Origin: Tubulanus polymorphus
Taxonomy: Eukaryota; Animalia; Nemertea
Direction: 5' to 3'
NCBI RefSeq assembly: GCF_964204645.1
Contig: NW_027437449.1
Coordinates: forward strand, 42,762-106,761
Length of the DNA stretch: 64,000 nt
Shown: piece after piece, positions 26,725 to 42,031 of the stretch
Layout of the letters: every line of letters starts with the position of its first letter
Position numbering within the stretch: position 1 is the stretch's first letter
Translations under genes and position numbers: made by a program
Notes under the pieces: generated by a model
Seen by the model: the letters and a program-made list of their open reading frames with translations, nothing else
Told to the model about the DNA's origin: nothing
Databases searched by the model: none

Positions 26725-29700
26725 CAGTAAAAAGTATCATTAACATAAAGAGTGGATCGAGGCCTAAACTATTACTATCAATACAGATGGAGCATTTGAC
26801 CCCGCGGATACCCTGGAGTGCTTTCTCTGACAGGTTTCTAAGTTTATTTCAGGGTGACGCTCAACTGAATAACTGCAGTCATCAGGAAGTTCAAGGAATA
26901 ACTGTTTGGCGATGAAGTGAACAAGTGATCCCTCAATTCAGGTAGATATATCTTAGGCCCTAATCACAGACCTCTACAAACCAGTTTCAGTGGTGTTTTA
27001 AAACCGAGTTAACCAAAATCCAAGCAGGTTTTCAGCGCCGTTCTCAAATCATTGATGCCATCATGATTTGAAAGCTTGTCAAAGATTGCGGCTCAATTTA
27101 CTGTGTTTGGGACTTAGCAAAAATATTTGCTGCGACAAAATTAACTGTGGAAATATCAAACATGTTTGAATGGTGCGATTCACCTGCTGCTGAGCAACGA
27201 ACACGCTGAAAATTTCAGTGTGAAATCTGTAATTTCAGACGGTGTGGGAATAAATTCATATAGTGTTCCCTGCTCTAAGTCTGAACCAATTTACCGTTAT
27301 GTCTTGTATGAGAAAAAAATTCTAAGCCTGAAAATTGTTGGCACTAAATGCATTTTGAATCTGTTTTCATTTTTTATCTGATGAAGAAATAATGATTTTA
27401 AGTGTTTTGTATTATTTCAGATGTAGGCGTAACGCTAGAGTTTTGTTTATTCTACTCAAAAGAAGGTGATGTTTAGATTCAGGTTCGTTTAGTTACTCTT
27501 ATTTATATCGAATATTTACTATGATTTTTGTGAATTGCTCTAATGATGTTATAATGAATGTTGTTTGATTTATTTTCGGTCTAATGGAGGAGGATCTCAA
27601 TAACTGAAACCTGCGACACGTCTACACCTGAAATTGACTGCGCGTCAAATGAATGAATTATTGATTCTAAATGACTGTGATGTTTCATGCTGATTAGAGG
27701 ATTTGGAGGGATATCCCAAGTTCAAACCCAGTGATTTTGATCAGATGATAAACCAGGGTGTCTGATATATACTGATGAATAGTTACTACGACATGATCGC
27801 CACCTATTGGATTTCTGCTGAACCACCAAATTATTGGATTAATACGAATATGTATTCGTATTGGATTAAACTGTATATCACAGACGCCATCTATTGGAAA
27901 TTTAGAAATTTATATCTTGAGTCAAAATAAACGTGAAATGCATTTTAGATAAACAAAAATTGTTCTCAAGTTGAGTGTGAACTGTTGGTTTGATCTGAAT
28001 GCAGTGGAACACAATATCTGAGTGACTGTTAAAACCCTTCCAGGATTGGCACTGTCTTCCAGAGATGATTTTGATAAAACCAATGTCTCTAGTTAACTTT
28101 GAATCATCCAGAATCTACTCAACCAAAATAGGGAAACTTGAAACCAAATTTAAGAATCTACAGGGCTTCATTTCTGAATGCTTGTTGTTTGTTTTGACTG
28201 GTGCGTTGTCATGGTGATGGCAAGGTGATATTCTGGATCCGAATTTTGGAAAAATAGTAATTCCTCAAAACAGAGCCAAATTTCAAACTGAAATGAATAA
28301 CTTCACCTATTTTCATCGATATGATTCCAAAATGAATTTATTTGAGCAAAAAATTTCATAGATATCTGTTAAAGAAATACAAAACTTGTCGATACTGTCG
28401 GCCGTGCCCCGATGAAAAAACTATTAGGTTAAATACGTGTTGTGAGTCACCAATTCAACTTATAAGATTATTTGATTTTTTCATTAATTGGAAATAATTT
28501 TAGAATGTTTTATTCGAACAATAGCTCGGAAGTTCACTAGAATTGCTACGCATTGCTAATTCCATGGAATTCATTGCCCCCGCTAGTAATCCGGAGCGGT
28601 ATCTAAAGCCATCCGCGACTAGAACCGTGAACTCTTTAGTTGGTGCTCGGAGCGCAAGCCTGAATCCGAGTTGACCTCGAGCTGCGCGGTCTACAGAACT
28701 AGCATGGCGGACGAATAAATCGCTATTTTCACTTGAAATATTTATAAGTTTCTCTTTCAACGCAGAAGCGACAGAATGTCTTCAAACCATTTCAACATTG
28801 AAATACAGTAAGTAAATTTACTTATGAATCGAATACTTGTGATGTATGAAGGTGATTCGAGATGGAGAGCGACATAAAATCTTATCTGATGAAGAAATAA
28901 TGATTTTCAGTGTTTTGTATTATTTCAGATGTAGGCGTAACGCTAGAGTTTTGTTTATTCTACTCAAAAGAAGGTGATGTTTAGATCAGGTTTGTTTAGT
29001 TACTCTTATTTATATCGAATATTTGATATGATTTTTGTGAATTGCTCTAATGATGTTATAATGAATGTTGTTTGATTTATATTCAGTCTAATGGAGGAGG
29101 ATCTCAATAACTGAAGATTTGTAGGATGTCCGAAGTTCAAAACCAGTGATTTTGATCAGACGATAAACCAGAGTGTCTGATTTATACTGATGAATAGTTA
29201 CTACGACATGATCGCCACCTATGGTATTTCTGCTGAACCACCAAATTATTGGATTAATACGAATATGTATTCGTATTGGATTAAACTGTATATCACAGAC
29301 GCCATCTATTGGAAATTTAGAAATTTATATCTTGAGTCAAAATAAACGTGAAATGCATTTTAGATAAACACAAAATAGTTCTCAAATTGAGTGTGAACTG
29401 TTGGTTTGATCTGAATGCAGTGGAACACGATATCTGAGTGACTGTTAAAACCCTTCCATGATTGGCACTGTCTTCCAGAGATGATTTTGATAAAACCAGT
29501 GTCTCTAGTTAACTTTGCATCATCCAGAATCTACTCAACCAAAGTAAAGAAACATGAAACCAATTTCAATAATCTATAGGGCTTCATTTCTGAATGATTG
29601 GTGTTTAGTTTTGATTGGTGCGTTGTCATGGTGATGGCAAGGTGATGTTCTGGATCCGATGTCTGGAAAAACAGGAATTCCTCAAAACAGAGCCAAATTT

Positions 29701-31990
29701 CATACTGAAATGAATAACTACACTTATTTTCATCGATTTGATAACAGAATGAATTTATTTTAGCAAAAAATTTCACAGATATTTGTTAAAGAAATACAAA
29801 ACTTGTCGATACTCTCAGCCGTGCCCCGCTGAAAAAACTACTAGGTTAAATACCTATTGTGAGTCACCAATTCAACTTAAAAGATTATTTGATTGTTTCA
29901 TTAATTGGGAATAATTTGAGAATGTTTTATTCGAACAATAGCTCGGAAGTTCACTAGAATTGCTACGCATTGCTAATTCCATGGAATTCATTACCCGCTA
30001 GTAATCCGGAGCGGTATCTAAAGCCATCCGCGGCTAGAACCGTGAACTCTTTAGTTGGTGCTCGGAGCGCAAGCCTGAATCCGAGTTGACCTCGAGCTGC
30101 GCGGTCTACAGAACTAGCATGGCGGACGAATAAATCGCTATTTACACTTGAAATATTTAGAAGTTTCTCTTTCAACGCAGAAGCGACAGAATGTCTTCAA
30201 ACCATTTCAACATTGAAATACAGTAAGTAAATTTACTTATGAATCGAATACTTGTGATGTATGAAGGTGATTCGAGATGGAGAGCGACATAAAACACTCC
30301 GGTTTAACCCCACGAGCAGCAGCAGCAATCTCTATTCACTGATGCGTGCTGTAAAACCATCATTCAGTAAAGAGTGCTTTCTCTGACAGGTTTCTATGTT
30401 TATTTCAGGGTGATGCTCTACTAATTAACTGCAGTCATCAGGAAGTTCAAGGAATAACTGTTTGGCGATGAAGTGAACAAGTGATCCCTCAATTCAGGTA
30501 GATAAATCTTAGGCCCTAATCACAGACCTCTACAAACCAGTTTCAGTGGTGTTTTAAAACCGAGTTAACCAAAATCCAAGCAGGTTTTCAGCGCCGTTCT
30601 CAAATCATTGATGCCATCATGATTTGAAAGCTTGTCAAAGATTGCGGCTCAATTTACTGTGTTTGGGACTAAACAAAAATTTGGCTGCAATGAAATTTAC
30701 TGTGGAAATATCAAACATGTTTGAATGTTGCGATTCACCTGCTGCTGAGCAACGAACACGCTGCAAATTTCATTGTGAAATCTGTAATTTCAGACGGTGT
30801 GGGAATAAATTCATATAGTGTTCCCTGCTCTAAGTCTGAACCAATTTACCGTTAAGTCTTGTATGAAAAAAAATTGTAACACTGAAAATTCTTGGCACTA
30901 AAAGCATTTTGAATCTTGTTGAATCTGTTTTCATTTTTTATCTGATGAAGAATTAATGATTTTCAGTGTTTTGTATTATTTCAGATGTAGGCGTAAGGCT
31001 AGAGTTTTGTTTATTCTACTCAAAAGAAGGTGATGTTTAGATCAGGTTCGTTTAGTTACTCTTATTTATATCGAATATTTGATATGATTTTTGTGAAATT
31101 GCTCTAATGATGTTATAATGAATGTTGTTTGATTTATTTTCGGTCTAATGGAGGAGGATCTCAATAACTGAAACCTGCGACACGTCTACACCTGAAATTG
31201 ACTGCGCGTCAAATGAATGAATTATTGATTCTAAATGACTGTGATGTTTCATGCTGATTAGAGGATTTGGAGGGATGTCCCAAGTTCAAACCCAGTGATT
31301 CTGATCAGATGATAAACCAGGGTGTCTGATATATACTGGTTACTACAACATGATTGCCACCTATTGGATTCCTGCTGAACCAACAAATTATTGGATTCAT
31401 ACAAATATACTGTATATCACAGGCGCCATCTATCGGAAATTTAGAAATGTATATCTTCAGTGTCAAATTAACCCTGAAATTTGTTTTACACTAAGACAAA
31501 ATATTTCTCAAATTGAGTTTGAACTGTTGGTTTTGATCTGAATGCAGTGGAACACAATATCTGAGTGACTGTTAAAACCCTTCCATGATTGGCACTGTCT
31601 TCCAGAGATGATTTTGATAAAACCAATGTCTCTAGTTAACTTTGCATCATCCAGAATCTACTCAACCAAAGTAAAGAAACATGAAACCAAGAATCTACAG
31701 GGCTTCATTTCTGAATGATATTTGTTTGTTTTGATTGGTGCGTTGTCATGGTGATGGCAAGGTGATATTCTGGATCTGATGTCGGGAAAAATAGTAATTT
31801 ATCAAAACAGAGCCGAATTTAAAACTGAAATGAATAACTACACTTATTTTCATCGATATGAAAACAGAATGAATTTATTTGAGCAAAATATTTCATAGAT
31901 ATTTGTCACATAAATATAGAACTTGACCTCGAATGATATGAAAGGGGTAATGTTGAGTCTTGGTGACCTCTAGATACTTCAGACCGCACA

Positions 31991-32048
<58 letters not shown>
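31991..32048. repeat. (GAT)n microsatellite
   Basis: About 19 perfect GAT units. Confidence 0.98.
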
Positions 32049-32050
<2 letters not shown>

Positions 32051-32211
32051 AACTGTTATTTGTGTTCTCCTCTTCTTCAGAATCAGTCTATAAATAGATG
32101 AAGAAAAGATATCTGTATTTTTACTCTAAAAACAGTCAAGTATTTTGCTTTCATCAATATCAATAGGGTTTGCGCCCCCGGGCTGGGCGGGCCTTCTAAA
32201 TCAGGTTGCAC

Positions 32212-32310
32212 TTTATTTCCGGATTGTTGATAATCTCGCGAGAACGAAACTAGATTTATACAATATTAGCGCTAGTCTCTCGAGACTATCAACAACACAG
32301 AAATAAAATT
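32212..32310. repeat. Inverted repeat / hairpin MITE-like sequence
   Basis: tttatttccggattgttgataatctcgcgaga ... tctcgagactatcaacaacacagaaataaa. Confidence 0.55.
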
Positions 32311-35300
32311 CATAAGTCAGTTTGCCGGCTTTGGCTCTGTGCCAGATCCATCTTGATACCTTCTAAAAAATAGTTTATTCCTCTCGTAAAGTCCACATCA
32401 GTCTCGGAGCCCTTCTCGTCGTTTGACTTCAACTGAATATCATTGCATCACTTCACACCTAATCAGTTTTCACAATAGGTGCCATTCAGCGACGGTATAA
32501 CGGCGATCAAACTCGTCTAAAGATCATGAAAATGTCATCAGCTGTTTCACAAAATCTACCGGAGCACCACCTGTTAGATATTTACTCCAACCGGGAAGTG
32601 TCGAGTCCCGCTTTACACCCAGTCCATCGGACTGTGTTTGTGTCCGGACGTATTTATCCCGTTCAGATTGATACCAGTTTGTTGCAGGATTTTAGTAGGA
32701 AATTCGACACGATTATCAAACACGTATCAAACGAATATAAAAAATATCACTGATTCATTTGGCTTTTTAGACCAGAAATGAGTCACTTAAAAAACAGTGT
32801 CTGGCTTTTAAGTGATCTAGTTGATGGAATTTTCTACAGGACTTTTTTGAAACGAAATTGTAGCTCAATCTTAAGTCGATTTTGTCGGCCGCGCCCCGAT
32901 GATAAACTAGGTGAAATATCTATTGTGAGTCACCAAGTTAAGTTATAAAGTTTCTTTGCTTGAAATACTGGTATTTAATTCGGAATATTTTTTACATAAT
33001 TTTTCTGTGAACTATTGCACGGAAATCGCTACAAATTCCTTATTTCGTGGTATTATTTCCCGCAACTATCAATTCGGAGCGGTGTGTAAAGTCTACCACG
33101 GGCACTACCGTGAACTCTTTAGTTGGTGTCCGGAGCGCTCTTGCCGCTGAGTCCTAGTCGACCTCGATCTGCGCGGTCTACAGAACTAGCCCTCCCAAGT
33201 GGAGTATATGTCCCATTTAAGAATGATGGCGAACGAATCAATCGCAATTTACACTTGAAATATTTAGAAGCTTCTCTTTCAACCAAGATGCGTCAGAATG
33301 TCTCCAAACCATTTCAACATTGAAATACAGTAAGTAAATTTACTTATGAATCGAATACTTGTGATGTATGAAGCTGATTCGAGATGGAGAGCGACATAAA
33401 ACACTCCGGTTTAACCCCACGAGCAGCAGCAATCTCTATTCACTGATGCGTGCTGTAAAACCATCATTCAGTTAAAAGTATCAATAACATGAAGAGTGAA
33501 TCTAGGCCTAGTATAAACCATTACTATCAATACAGATGTAGCATTTGACCCCGCGGATACCCTGGATTTTATAGTGCTTTCTCTGACAGGTTTCTATGTT
33601 TATTTCAGGGTGATGCTCTACTAATTAACTGCAGTCATCAGGAAGTTTAAGGAATAACTGTTTGGCGATGAAGTGAACAAGTGATCCCTCGATTCAGGTA
33701 GATATATCTAAGGCCCTAATCACAGACCTCTACAAACCAGTTTCAGTTGTGTTTTAAAACCGAGTTAACCAAAATCCAAGCAGGTTTTCAGCGCCGTTCT
33801 CAAATCATTGATGCCGTCATGATTTGAAAGCTTGTCAAAGATTTCGGCTCAATTTACTGTGTTTGGGACTAAACAAAAATTTTGCTGCGATGAAATTTAC
33901 TGTGAAAATATCAAACATGTTTGAATGGTGCGATTCACCTGCTGCTGAGCAACGAACACGCTGAAAATTTCATTGTGAAATCTGTAATTTCAGACAGTGT
34001 GGGAATAAATTCATATAGTGTTCCCTGCTCTAAGTCTGAACTAATCTACCGTTAAGTCTTGTATGAAAAAAAAAATTGTACCACTGAAAATTCTTGGCAC
34101 TAAAAGCATTTTGAATCTTGTTGAATCTGTTTTCATTTTTTATCTGATGAAGAAATAATGATTTTCAGTGTTTTGTATTATTTCAGATGTAGGCGTAACG
34201 CTAGAGTTTTGTTTATTCTACTCAAAAGAAGGTGATGTTTAGATCAGGTTCGTTTAGTTACTCTTATTTTTATCGAATATTTGATATGATTTTTGTGAAT
34301 TGCTCTAATGATGTTATAATGAATGTTGTTTGATTTATTTTCAGTCTAATGGAGGAGGATCTCAATAACTGAAACCTGCGACACGTCTACACCTGAAATT
34401 GACTGCGCGTCAAATGAATGAATTATTGATTCTAAATGACTGTGATGTTTCATGCTGATTAGAGGATTTGGAGGGATGTCCCAAGTTCAAACCCAGTGAT
34501 TCTGATCAGATGATAAACCAGGGTGTCTGATATGTACTGATGAATAGTTACTACGACATGATCGCCACCTATTGGATATCTGCTGAACCACCAAATTATT
34601 GGATTAATACGAATACGTATTCGTATTGGATTAAACTGTATATCACAGACGCCATCTATTGGAAATTTAGAAATTTATATCTTGAGTCAAAATAAACGTG
34701 AAATGCATTTTAGATAAACACAAGATAGTTCTCAAGTTGAGTCTGAACTGTTGGTTTGATCTGAATGCTGTGGAACACAATATCTGAGTTACTGTTAAAA
34801 CCCTTCCAGGATTGGCACTGTCTTCCAGAGATGATTTTGATAAAACCAGTGTCTCTAGTTAACTTTGCATCATTCAGAATCTACTCAACCAAAATAGGGA
34901 AACTTTTAACCAAATTTAAGAATCTACAGGGCTTCATTTCTGAATGATTGTTGTTTGTTTTGACTGGTGCGTTGTCATGGTGATGGCAAGGTGATATTCT
35001 GGATTCGATGTCTCGAAAAATAGTAATTCCTCAAAAAAGAGCCAAATTTCATACTGAAATGAATAACTACTTATTTTCATCGATATAATAACAGAATGAA
35101 TTCATTTTAGCAAAAAATTTCACAGATATTTGTTAAAGAAATACAAAACTTGTGGATACTCTCAGCCGTGCCCCGCTGAAAAAAACTATTAGGTTAAATA
35201 CGTGTTGTGAGTCACCAATTCAACTTATAAGATTATTTGATTTTTTCATTAATTGGGAATAATTTTAGAATGTTTTATTCGAACTATAGCTCGGAAGTTC

Positions 35301-37193
35301 ACTAGAATTGCTACGTATTGCTAATTCCGTGGAATTCATTACCCGCTAGTAATCCGGAGCGGTATCTAAAGCCATCCGCGGCTAGAACCGTGAACTCTTT
35401 AGTTGGTGCTCGGAGCGCAAGCCTGAATCCGAGTCGACCTCGAGCTGCGCGGTCTGCAGAACTAGCATGGCTGACGAATAAATCGCTATTTACACTTGAA
35501 ATATTTATAAGTTTCTCTTTCAACGCAGAAGCGACAGAATGTCTTCAAACCATTTCAACATTGAAATACAGTAAGTAAATTTACTTATGAATCGAATACT
35601 TGTGATGTATGAAGGTGATTCGAGATGGAGAGCGACATAAAACACTCCGGTTTAACCCCACGAGCAGCAGCAATCTCTATTCACTGATGCGTGCTGTAAA
35701 ACCATCATCATTCAGTAATAATAATAATATTAATATGTGTCTTATATAGTGCTAAATCCAGCCAAGCTGCTCAGAGCGCTTTACATTTTTCGGTATTATT
35801 ACCCCGGCCAATTTTAATACTCTAACATGTATCAGTCATCTCTCCCTTTTGAGAAGTAACACCGAGCTGCTAACAAGCACTCAGGAGTCATCTATCAGAC
35901 CAGGTTCCCATTTACTCCTTGGTGGAGAGAGGCAATGAGGATAAGTGTCTTGCCTGAGGACACAACGGGGATCGAACCCACGACCTGGCTTCCCAGAGCT
36001 GAACGCTCTAACCACTAGCCCTCACCGCAGTAAAAAGTATCAATAACATAAAGAGTGGATCGAGGCCTAAACTATTACTATCAATACAGATGGAGCATTT
36101 GACCCAGCGGATACCCTGGATTTTAGAGTGCTTTCTCTGACAGGTTTCTATGTTTATTTCAGGGTGATGCTCAACTGAATAACTGCAGTCATCAGGAAGT
36201 TCAAGGAATAACTGTTTGGCGATGAAGTGAACAAGTGATCCCTCAATTCAGGTAGATATATCTTAGGCCCTAATCACAGACCTCTACAAACCAGTTTCAG
36301 TGGTGTTTTAAAACCGAGTTAACCAAAATCCAAGCAGGTTTTCAGTGCCGTTCTCAAATCATTGATGCCATCATGATTTGAAAGCTTGTCAAAGATTGCG
36401 GCTCAATTTACTGTGTTTGGGACTTAGCAAAAATATTTGCTGCGACAAAATTAACTGTGGAAATATCAAACATGTTTGAATGTTGCGATTCACCTGCTGC
36501 TGAGCAACGAACACGCTGAAAATTTCATTGTGAAATCTGTAATTTCAGACGGTGTGGGAATAAATTCATATAGTGTTCCCTGCTCTAAGTCTGAACCAAT
36601 TTACCGTTATGTCTTGTATGAGAAAAAAAATTTTAAGCCTGAAAATTGTTGGCACTAAATGCATTTTGAATCTGTTTTCATTTTTTATCTGATGAAGAAA
36701 TAATGATTCTCAGTGTTTTGTATTATTTCAGATGTAGGCGTAACGCTAGAGTTTTGTTTATTCTACTCAAAAGAAGGTGATGTTTAGATCAGGTTCGTTT
36801 AGTTACTCTTATTTATATCGAATATTTGATATGATTTTTGTGAATTGCTCTAATGATGTTATAATGAATGTTGTTTGATTTATTTTCAGTCTAATGGAGG
36901 AGGATCTCAATAACTGAAACCTGCGATAGTCTACACCTGAAATTGACCTAGTTCTAAACACTGCGCATAAACCATATCAAGTGGTTACTGTCATTTAACC
37001 GTAATGACAAGGACATATGATAAGGCTTATCGGGTGAAATACAGGATATCGACAAATTCAAGTTCTGAAATTACTCGCTTGATGGCGCTAGTCAGAAACA
37101 GAAATTGGAACCTAAATCCACCACGCGCTAGATTTTTATCGCAAATTTTACTATGAAAAATGCTATTTCTCAAGTGTTTATCTTGTGTTTCAG

Positions 37194-37962
37194 TTACACA
37201 CACGTTACGGTCACCTACCACAGCACAAGAGGAATATGGTAATAGCCGGTGGTGTAACTGCGTCTGTTATCGTAGCGCCAGTTGTCGCTAGTTTAGCCGT
37301 ATGTTTACGGCGTGGTACCGATATCGCTGTGTCGCAGCGGTGGTTGCGGCGTATCGACGACTGACTCCGGGCGGAGTTCGATTTGAGTTCGAACAGAACG
37401 AAGGAAGTGGCCCATCGGGGCCTTACGCCCGTAAGTACTTGAACCATACTTTTCATATAGCGCAGGGTCCGGAATCAGCTGTCTTTCTAGGATTCTGAAG
37501 GGATAATTTGATGATGTCATAGGGGGATTTATTGGAGGTGGCCAACTTTTCTACGTTTTATATAGACTTGCCAGAAATAGAAAGATAATTTGATGATGTC
37601 ATAGGGGGATTAACTGATAAAGCCACGTTGTCTGGTGTGGCTGCTATATAAATCCCCCTATGACGTCATTTAAGTTAGTTCAGTACTAGTATGAGTGAAT
37701 GTTTATATTTGTTGTAGCTGATTCTCACAGTATAGAACGACCAGTCACCGGGTAGCGAACCCCAGTATCGGACCTAGTATCGGTGAGATGTCTATGGCTA
37801 TGACTGGCAGTCTTAGCGCTAGCGGAAACCACATCGACCGAGTCGGGATAATCCGCGATGAGAGCGATCGCTAATCGGCCAGTAACAGAGCGATTGCTGG
37901 CTCCAGTTTGAACGGTAGTTTATCGGGAAGCGCCGTTGCCGGGCCGAGCGGATTCCAAAACA
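37194..37962 (+). pseudogene. RNF19A: RNF19-like pseudo-exons (copy with a 29-bp deletion)
   Basis: Same exons as 40248-41047, with an internal deletion and an in-frame TAA. Confidence 0.8.
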
Positions 37963-39265
37963 GGTAAGAGATTTTCCCGACTACAATCTCACGAATCACG
38001 AGGATCCCCTGAGAAAATTGGAGGAGGGCACGGCGAAGGTACGGGTGCAGATTTAGGAAAATCTCAAAGAGAAGGAAGAGCAGTTCTCTGAGAAAGCAGG
38101 ATTAAGGCTGACTTATGTCGACAAGCAACGCGATGCCTACCGACACAACTGGGTTTATCGCCGATTAACGGCCTACGAGAGGCCGCCAGTTGCTGCTCTA
38201 TCTGTTCAACATAAGCCGGCTTGCGACGGCAACCCGACGCCTACCGACTCGTCGCAAGCCTGACCGGCTAGCTGCCCGTGTTCTACTCCGGCCTACGGTA
38301 GGCCAACAGTTGCTTTCGATCGCAACTGACACAAACTGCTGTGATATGCACGGCGTTGCACCACTTTTAGTCGACGAATAAAAAACCCACAGTAGATTTG
38401 TAGAAACAGTTTCGAAGTTAAAAACTGTGTTGTTTTAAAACCGAGTTAACCAAAATCCAAGCAGGTTTTCAGCGCCGTTCTCAAATCATTGATGCCGTCA
38501 TGATTTGAAAGCTTGTCAAAGATTGCGGCTCAATTTACTGTGTTTGGGACTAAACAAAAATTTTGCTGCGATGAAATTAACTGTGGAAATATCAAAGATG
38601 TTTGAATGTTGCGATTCACCTGCTGCTGAGCAACGAACACGCTGAAAATTTCATTGTGAAATCTGTAATTTCAGACGGTGTGGGAATAAATTCATATAGT
38701 GTTCCCTGCTCTAAGTCTGAACCAATTTACCGTAAGTATGAAAAAAGATTGTAACACTGAAAATTCTTGGCACTAAAAGCATTTTGAATCTTGTTGAATC
38801 TGTTTTCATTTTTTATCTGATGAAGAAATAATGATTTTCAGTGTTTTGTATTATTTCAGATGTAGGCGTAACGCTAGAGTTTTGTTTATTCTACTCAAAA
38901 GAAGGTGATGTTTAGATCAGGTTTGTTTAGTTACTCTTATTTATATCGAATATTTGATATGATTTTAGTGAATTGCTCTAATGATGTTATAATGGTGGTC
39001 TTAAATCTTGGGACTGGTCTTAAGTTGTTAGATTAGCTATAGAACTAAGTTGGTCTTGGACTAGTCTTAAGTCTAAGCCATGACTATGCAACTGGCGATT
39101 CTCTAGTTGTCAGAGCTCTGAATCAAATGGTTGCAAGTGATAGAATGAATCCATTGATATTTATGGTCCTTCCTTGTAAACCCGAGCTCGGCCTTTAAGC
39201 GATGATAAAGGTTTATAAGTCCTTAGAAATTGAGTAATAATTTAGTCGATTATGTTGATTTTCAG

Positions 39266-41047
39266 TCCGTCTGGCTGCACTTTCTGGGGTAAAAAGCCAT
39301 GGAGCCGAAAGAAGAAGATATTGTGGCAACTTGTCACGTTAGTTGGCGCTCCGGTCGGTATCGGACTCGTTGCTGGAATCGCAGTTCCCGCGATGATCAT
39401 AGGGATTCCCGTCTGGGTCGGACGCAAGGTAAATTATCGACTAATATTAGGAATCCATCTGCCGTCTGTCTGTGAGAATCTCAATTTAGTGATCATTATT
39501 ATATTTCCACAAGAGTCACAAGGGCCTCGTGCCCAAAAGGTCGTTTTTGGTCTGAATTCCGAGAACATATACGCATGGACACATAACTGGAAGTCTTTTA
39601 TACGTGAGGCCTATCACACAGGCTGACCACGTGAGACATAAAATGATAGCTTAATATGTGTGGTAGGTCAGCTTTCTGACTACAGTTTTTCAATTTGAGG
39701 AAATTGTTGAACTAAAGGAATTTAAACCAAACAGATGAACTGGGATTCAAAGTGTTCATTTATTGAATGCCTCATTACAGATATTATTATGTCCTTTGAA
39801 ATGTCCTTTCATGTTGAAATTAAACCCACACAACTGTTAAACTCAATACAAAGTCAATTCCAGTCAATCCCAATCCCAGTTTTTCAATAATTGAATATAG
39901 CCAAAAACTGGGATTGAATATAGACTGTATTCGAATTGAATTCACAGAGTGACGTTGAATAATCAACACTTAGAAGTAATAAATCATTTTTTGTCAAAAT
40001 CCTAGTTCTAAACACTGCGCATAAACTGTATCAAGTGGTTACTGTCATTTAACCGTAATGACAAGGACATATGATAAGGCTTATCGGGTGAAATACAGGA
40101 TATCGACAAATTCAAGTTCTGAAATTACTCGCTTGATGGCGCTAGTCAGAAACAGAAATTGGAACCTAAATCCACCACACGCGAGATTTTTATCGCAAAT
40201 TTTACCATGAAAAATGCTATTTCTCATGTGTTTATCTTGTGTTTCAGTTACATACACGTTACGGTCACCTACCACAGCACAAGAGGAATATGGTAATAGC
40301 CGGTGGTGTAACTGCGTCTGTTATCGTCGCGCCAGTTGTCGCTAGTTTAGCCGTTGGTATCGGTGTACCGATATTATTGGCGTATGTTTACAATGTGGTA
40401 CCGATATCGCTGTGTCGCAGCGGTGGTTGCGGCGTATCGACGACTGACTCCGGGCGGAGTTCGATTTGAGTTCGAACAGAACGAAGGAAGTGGCCCATCG
40501 GGGCCTTACGCCCGTAAGTACTTGAACCATACTTTTCATATAGCGCAGGGTCCGGAATCAGCTGTCTTTCTAGGATTCTGAAGGGATAATTTGATGATGT
40601 CATAGGGGGATTTATTGGAGGTGGCCAACTTTTCTACGTTTTATATAGACTTGCCAGAAATAGAAAGATAATTTGATGATGTCATAGGGGGATTAACTGA
40701 TAAAGCCATGTTGTCTGGTGTGGCTGCTATATAAATCCCCCTATGACGTCATTTAAGTTAGTTCAGTACTAGTATGAGTGAATGTTTATATTTGTTGTAG
40801 CTGATTCTCACAGTATAGAAACGACCAGTCACCGGGTAGCGAACCCCAGTATCGGACCTAGTATCGGTGAGATGTCTATGGCTATGACTGGCAGTCTTAG
40901 CGCTAGCGGAAGCCACATCGACCGAGTCGGGATAATCCGCGATGAGAGCGATCGCTAATCGGCCAGTAACAGAGCGATTGCTGGCTCCAGTTTGAACGGT
41001 AGTTTATCGGGAAGCGCCGTTGCCGGACCGAGCGGATTCGAAAACAG
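39266..41047 (+). pseudogene. RNF19A: RNF19A/B (Dorfin) E3 ligase fragment, three exons (39266-39428, 40248-40513, 40801-41047)
   Basis: [22 protein letters not shown]...IPVWVGRK / [20 protein letters not shown]...[15 protein letters not shown] / NPSIG...TGSLSASGSH match the RNF19 transmembrane region. Frameshift at TTDS/GGVRFEF and a TAA in exon 3; no RING-IBR-RING exons found. Confidence 0.9.
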
Positions 41048-42031
41048 GTAAGAGATTTTCCCGACTACAATCTCCAGTTGCTGCTCTATCTGTTCGACAT
41101 AAGCCGGCTTGCGACGGCAACCCGACCCCTACCGACTCGTCGCAAGCCGTATCCGGCTAGTTGCCCGTGTTCTACTCCGGCCTACGGTAGGCCAACAGTT
41201 GCTTTCGATCGCAACTGACACAAACTGCTGTGATATGCACGGCGTTGCACCACTTTTAGTCGACGAATAAAAAACCCACAGTAGATTTGTAGAAACAGTT
41301 TCGAAGTTAAAAACTGTGGTGTTTTAAAACCGAGTTAACAAAAATCCAAGCAGGTTTTCAGCGCCGTTCTCAAATCATTGATGCCGTCATGATTTGAAAG
41401 CTTGTCAAAGATTGCGGCTCAATTTACTGTTTTTGGGACTAAACAAAAATTTTGCTGAAAATTTGCTGAAAAATTCTTGGCACTAAAAGCATTTTGAATC
41501 TCTTTGAATCTGTTTTCATTTTTTATCTGATGAAGAAATAATGATTTTCTTTGTTTTGTATTATTTCAGATGTAGGCGTAACGCTAGAGTTTTGTTTATT
41601 CTACTCAAAAGAAGGTGATGTTTAGATCAGGTTCGTTTAGTTACTCTTATTTATATCGAATATTTGATATGATTTTTGTGAATTGCTCTAATGATGTTAT
41701 AATGAATGTTGTTTGATTTATTTTCAGTCTAATGGAGGAGGATCTCAATAACTGAAACCTGCGATAGTCTACACCTGAAATTGACCTAGTTCTAAACACT
41801 GCGCATAAACCATATCAAGTGGTTACTGTCATTTAACCGTAATGACAAGGACATATGATAAGGCTTATCGGGTGAAATACAGGATATCGACAAATTCAAG
41901 TTCTGAAATTACTCGCTTGATGGCGCTAGTCAGAAACGGAAATTGGAACCTAAATCCACCACGCGCGAGATTTTTATTGCAAATTTAACCATGAAAAATG
42001 CTATTTCTCATGTGTTTATCTTGTGTTTCAG